DNA of 64,000 nucleotides from Escherichia coli (GTDB lineage Bacteria; Pseudomonadota; Gammaproteobacteria; Enterobacterales; Enterobacteriaceae): NCBI RefSeq assembly GCF_011045215.1, contig NZ_CP049201.1; one strand, 5' to 3'. Shown piece by piece: positions 60,105 to 64,000 of this stretch (position 1 is its first letter; each line of letters starts with the position of its first letter). The notes under the pieces were generated by a model. It saw only the letters and a program-made list of their open reading frames with translations, ran no database searches and was not told where the DNA came from. The position numbers and the translations under genes were made by a program.

Positions 60105-60576
60105 TGATGCCAAACTGTGATCGGAGATGGATGCCAAATCATGATCGATTCGAATGCCAAACTGCGATCGATTCAGATGCCATTTTGCAGTTATCACGTT
60201 GATAATATCATGCAGATGTTTATGGGTGTCGTTTCTACCCTGAAGGCCCCTCTGCTCAGGCAACTCGCAAACAGTGACACATTACTGCATTGCCTGAATT
60301 CGCTCGTGAATTATATTTCAGGCAATCTGGATGAAGCAGAGCACATTTATGCTGATTTACTGGCACAGTATGAAAAGAAACGCATTGCACGTTCTCTGGC
60401 TTATACACCACCAGGATCCGTGGTCAGGAAAAGGCTGTGAGGCAGCGGATACGTACTGGACAGGGGATGGCAGAGTGACATAAAAGCAGTCGTTTCCCGC
60501 AAGACATTACCGGGCATTAAAAAGGCAGGAGCCACCGGTCTGGTGTCCTGCCTGGCGGGATTGTTTTACTGTGGTC

Positions 60577-60897
60577 TTACTTATCAATGACCTGCCAGCC
60601 ATCATCCGTTTTGATCAGCCTGACAGCCGCTGTGCGTTTTTCGTTATCGACAACAGCTGTTACATTGCATTTATAGCTTTTATCCGATAGTTTTTCGCAG
60701 TCATGCTTTTTGACAGATTTTAATTCCCGCAGTGCGTCTTTCGGGACATCTTTACCTGCTATGGATTTAACGATGGCATTCGTCTGCTCCATGACCTTAT
60801 TCATCGCAGTGTAAATATCCTGCTCAGACGGTTCACCGGTACAGCCACTCAGCAAAAAAATGGACGCAATGAGTGTGGTAAATGCATATGTTTTCAT
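60577..60897 (-). CDS. small lipoprotein
   Basis: 106-aa ORF; signal peptide with lipobox LLSGC. Confidence 0.6.
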   Translation of the reverse strand: MKTYAFTTLIASIFLLSGCTGEPSEQDIYTAMNKVMEQTNAIVKSIAGKDVPKDALRELKSVKKHDCEKLSDKSYKCNVTAVVDNEKRTAAVRLIKTDDGWQVIDK

Positions 60898-60923
60898 AAA
60901 ATAATCCCAGACTGTAGAGTACG

Positions 60924-61310
60924 TTATTGAATAAGGCCGGTTTTCATCTTGCTGTTGTTTTCAGAGATCGTCCACTTACTGACCGTTTCGCCTTTAAATT
61001 CGATTTCCAGCGTTTTGGCCTGCGTCTGTGAACCGCCTGTCAGCAACCCGACCACTGGAATGAATGTGGTGGCATCAAACTGATTGTTATCCATCGAATA
61101 AGTCCATTCTTCATTGCCACTATCAAGTGTAGTTTTGGTTTCGGGCTCACCTAATGCGGTAATGATTTCTGATTTCGTTGTTTTATTTTTTATAATTTTC
61201 GACTGCAGACTTTGTGCTGTTTCTTTTTTTAGATGCTGGTTGCCTGATGTTGAACAACCAGAAATAAGGAAAGCAGAAATAAAAAACACAGAAATCATGA
61301 ATCTGTTCAT
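60924..61310 (-). CDS. small lipoprotein
   Basis: ORF 60924..61322; signal peptide MNRFMISVFFISAFLISGC with lipobox. Confidence 0.6.
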   Translation of the reverse strand: MNRFMISVFFISAFLISGCSTSGNQHLKKETAQSLQSKIIKNKTTKSEIITALGEPETKTTLDSGNEEWTYSMDNNQFDATTFIPVVGLLTGGSQTQAKTLEIEFKGETVSKWTISENNSKMKTGLIQ

Positions 61311-61359
61311 AAGTTCTCTCATATTAATTTTTTATGTTTGCGGTGGTATGAAATTAATA

Positions 61360-61635
61360 TCACCGTATAAAAACAACTCTGTCTGCATATTTCTTTTTAA
61401 TAATGCAGATAAGAATAATGACGCTGGCAAAAAACGTAATGACTGAGACAGGAGTGCTGCCGGTCAATGAAAATACTAACCAGGCGAGAGCTAATGCCAC
61501 GAATTGAAACAGGAATGCCACACTGAGCGGACTCTCACCGTAGGCGACTTTTGCATGGCAGCCTTTGCAAATCCGCACGCCGTGCGGGCTTTGTGTAAAG
61601 CAGAAGGGGCAGCTAATCGTTTTATTATCCATCAT
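61360..61635 (-). CDS. zinc-ribbon membrane protein
   Basis: 91-aa ORF; CPFC...CKGCH zinc-ribbon followed by two hydrophobic helices. Confidence 0.5.
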   Translation of the reverse strand: MMDNKTISCPFCFTQSPHGVRICKGCHAKVAYGESPLSVAFLFQFVALALAWLVFSLTGSTPVSVITFFASVIILICIIKKKYADRVVFIR

Positions 61636-61820
61636 GACTCCGTGGCCTGATTTAAGGTGATGTATTTTTGAACATTTTCGATGAATGATCCGCTTTAGTA
61701 AAATTGCTTGTACCGATCGATGGATCTCTGTTGATAGGTTATAACTATCATAACAAGATTATCGATCTATATAAACGATCAATATTTTATTGACTATCAC
61801 TAAAATATGGATTAGTTAAC

Positions 61821-63050
61821 TTATGGTGCAGGATAGGGGTTATTTTTAACTAATTGTTCTTTAATGGGATTTGTTGTCATGGAATGACAGGGTGTCAGAA
61901 GATGCAGGTGCAGGATTTGGTGGAAAGGATGTGCAGTGGCATGTAACAGAGACATGCCCCTGCGCCTGAGAAGTGCCACAATATGGCCGAGCAATACAAA
62001 CCACGAATGCAGACGACGCTGGCGGGGTATCTGACGAGCTGTATTGTGCAGTTTGCTCCTGAGTTGAATGACACCCACTGTTTCCTGTTGTCTTTCCAGA
62101 CGAATTTTTTCTTCAAGCTGAAGGATTTTCTCCAGAATCGTTTCCCGGTTTGCAGCCTGTTCTTCAGGCTCGCATGATGGCACTGGCACTGGCACTGGCA
62201 CTGGCACTGGCACTGGCACTGGCACTGGCACAGTCTGCTGTTGCTCTTTTTTCAGTAAAGCCAGGTGCTCTGGTGTAAAATCAATCTGTGTTTGCAGAGA
62301 AGACCAGCCATACTTTTTTCCAAGCTGAGACGCTTTAAAGGCAATGCCCTGGTACTGAAATGAAAAGCCGTTCATTTTTCCCGTTGAGGCGATATTAGGT
62401 TTACAGTTCACGCCTTCCTTTTCCAGCATAGTGATAAAAGTCAGCAAATCAGGGCGGCCGGTTAACGCATTATCAATCAGGCTCTGCAGAGTGGACCTGG
62501 GGCAGGGAGTTGTCGTTCTTTCAGCCATCATCAGCTCGTTGCGGGAAGGCTTTCTTTTCTCCTGACTATGACTACTGATTGCAGATGTGGTTTGAGTGAG
62601 TTTGTGGACTTTCTCCAGCTCGCTGATAATCCGGGTACTGATAAGATTTTCATTTTTCCCAAGGTACAGCTTCCCACCGACCATGTTAATTCTGTTAGCT
62701 ATTATATGGATATGCTGCCCGTCCGAATCATCGTGCATGATATAGCAGCGAAGATGGGTTTCAGTGAATCCCATCCGGGTCATATAATCGTCAGCGAATG
62801 CCGCCCATTGTCTGACTGACAGTGTTTCTCCCTTTGGCAGGCGAAGCGAATTATGCCAGACAGGTTTGGCGACACCGGGGCGCAGTAGTCTTGTGCCTTC
62901 AAATTCACTGATAAGTTCAGCAGCAGTGCTTCCCGTCATGTTGCCACCGATAATATAAGGCGTGATTTTGTGGTGAGATCCTGACTTAAGGCTATAGAGA
63001 ACAACACCTGCGAACTGTTTACCCCGCTTTATTTTCTGCATACCTTTCAT
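61821..63050 (-). CDS. mobilisation relaxase (MobA-like)
   Basis: 409-aa ORF with relaxase histidine motif HDDSDGQHIHIIANRI; start overlaps mobC stop (ATGA); contains (PV)n tract. Confidence 0.8.
   Translation of the reverse strand: MKGMQKIKRGKQFAGVVLYSLKSGSHHKITPYIIGGNMTGSTAAELISEFEGTRLLRPGVAKPVWHNSLRLPKGETLSVRQWAAFADDYMTRMGFTETHLRCYIMHDDSDGQHIHIIANRINMVGGKLYLGKNENLISTRIISELEKVHKLTQTTSAISSHSQEKRKPSRNELMMAERTTTPCPRSTLQSLIDNALTGRPDLLTFITMLEKEGVNCKPNIASTGKMNGFSFQYQGIAFKASQLGKKYGWSSLQTQIDFTPEHLALLKKEQQQTVPVPVPVPVPVPVPVPVPSCEPEEQAANRETILEKILQLEEKIRLERQQETVGVIQLRSKLHNTARQIPRQRRLHSWFVLLGHIVALLRRRGMSLLHATAHPFHQILHLHLLTPCHSMTTNPIKEQLVKNNPYPAP
62178..62230. repeat. hexanucleotide microsatellite (GGCACT) x 8 plus a partial unit, inside the relaxase gene
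   Basis: Read directly; encodes PVPVPVPVPVPVPVPVPV on the minus strand. Confidence 0.95.
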
Positions 63051-63451
63051 TGAGTTGGCTCCAGAAAGGTTGATGGAATAAGGTGATCCCTGAGAGTTTT
63101 GATTTGTCTGCGCAGGGCGAAGAGTTCTGTACGGGTCAGTTCGCTGTCAGGGCTTTTGCTGTCGAGATGATTCAGCAGGCGGTTTAAATGCTGTGAAAGG
63201 TTGCCGAGTTTAATCCATGCTTCACGATTGATTTCAGGTAATACCGGTGGGAGTTTGTTGAGGGATGCCATTCTTAGCCATTCCCCTTTTTTATAAGGGC
63301 CTCTTTTACTATCGAGAATAGATAATTCTTCTTCGTTTAACCGAACGCTGACGCAGTGAGTTCGAACTTCATTAGGTGAATATTTTGCTGTATGGAATTT
63401 ACCTCTTCTTGAGCGTCTTGATAGATCTTCTTTACTTTCATTTTTATGCAT
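63047..63451 (-). CDS. MobC-like relaxosome accessory protein
   Basis: 134-aa basic ORF immediately upstream of and translationally coupled to the relaxase. Confidence 0.65.
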   Translation of the reverse strand: MHKNESKEDLSRRSRRGKFHTAKYSPNEVRTHCVSVRLNEEELSILDSKRGPYKKGEWLRMASLNKLPPVLPEINREAWIKLGNLSQHLNRLLNHLDSKSPDSELTRTELFALRRQIKTLRDHLIPSTFLEPTQ

Positions 63452-63544
63452 ATCTAACCTTTTTTAAAATGTGTTCATGATCTACAGTTAGCGCATTGGT
63501 AAAATAAGTCAAGGCAGTGTCGAAATTTATAAATAAGATAGGTG

Positions 63545-63573
63545 GAGCAGATTGCTAATTAGGTAATCTGCTC
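63545..63573. promoter_or_regulatory. candidate oriT inverted repeat (GAGCAGATTGC-N7-GCAATCTGCTC) upstream of mobC
   Basis: Perfect 11-bp inverted repeat in the AT-rich leader of the mob operon. Confidence 0.4.
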
Positions 63574-63628
63574 TGGGTAAAAATAGGGTTCATATTAAAT
63601 TCATTATGACAGTGAGGAGGGGCGGAGG

Positions 63629-63979
63629 TTACAATCTACGTTTTACTGGCATTAAAGAGATTGTTTGTTTCATAATTTCGCTAAGTTTCTTTTTCTCATG
63701 TTCTGCTATATATTTACAAATCTCATCATGTCGAATATGCTGTTCCAGTTGTTTTTTATCCATTTTGATGTCATTGCGGATAAACCATTTAATGGTTTCA
63801 ATGTCCCCGCGTAAATCATAACCTCGCAGTACAATATGGCGAAAATGTGTGTTGCTGATATCTGTCTTCTTCTTTAGTTCACTGAAGAAAGAGCTCATTT
63901 CATTTTCATTGGCACTTAGATAAACCTGGCAGTTATCAGAGATAGTAAAGTTAAGGTTTTTCTTCTGAAGCAAATCCAT
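63629..63979 (-). CDS. hypothetical protein
   Basis: 116-aa ORF, AT-rich, upstream of the mob module. Confidence 0.4.
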   Translation of the reverse strand: MDLLQKKNLNFTISDNCQVYLSANENEMSSFFSELKKKTDISNTHFRHIVLRGYDLRGDIETIKWFIRNDIKMDKKQLEQHIRHDEICKYIAEHEKKKLSEIMKQTISLMPVKRRL

Positions 63980-64000
63980 TATCTGCAGACTTTCGCTGTT

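Larger units (their letters stand above)
56046..60196 (-). mobile_element. IS21-family insertion sequence (istA-istB) with multi-repeat termini and a nested IS50-like element; boundaries approximate (about +/-20 bp)
   Basis: Repeated motif TCGATCA-N-TTGGCATC in inverted orientation at 56070..56135 and 60105..60190, plus one copy at 58590..58614; TG...CA-type termini. Confidence 0.65.

Noticed and set aside
62178-62230. Phase-variation (on/off) switch in the relaxase
   Set aside because: The repeat unit is 6 bp, so slippage preserves the frame; it can change linker length but not switch translation off.

Overview
Escherichia coli chromosomal segment covering the conserved mltB'-pncC-recA-recX-alaS-csrA-serV/argVYZQ-yqaBA-gshA-luxS-emrRAB-ygaHZ-proVWX-nrdHIEF-ygaM-stpA-gab/csiD-ygaQ-ileY-ypjA region (1 to ~47.4 kb), followed by a strain-specific, AT-rich accessory island (~47.5-64 kb) that occupies the ypjA-distal position where, from memory, K-12 carries CP4-57 genes. 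The backbone differs from my recollection of K-12 in three places: a ~185 bp GC-rich palindromic insertion between recA and recX, an apparently intact ygaY, and the island itself. The island carries an alpA-type regulator, an IS3-family remnant, an IS21-family element with a nested IS50-like insertion sequence, and a mobilisation module (mobC, relaxase, candidate oriT). Its most interesting content is an ankyrin-repeat protein gene beside a 450-aa SIR2_2-domain (NADase-like) protein gene, which I flag as a candidate anti-phage or abortive-infection locus that I cannot match to a named system. All protein identifications are from reading translations against remembered families; no database search was run, and coordinates of starts are approximate where the ORF track offers an upstream alternative.
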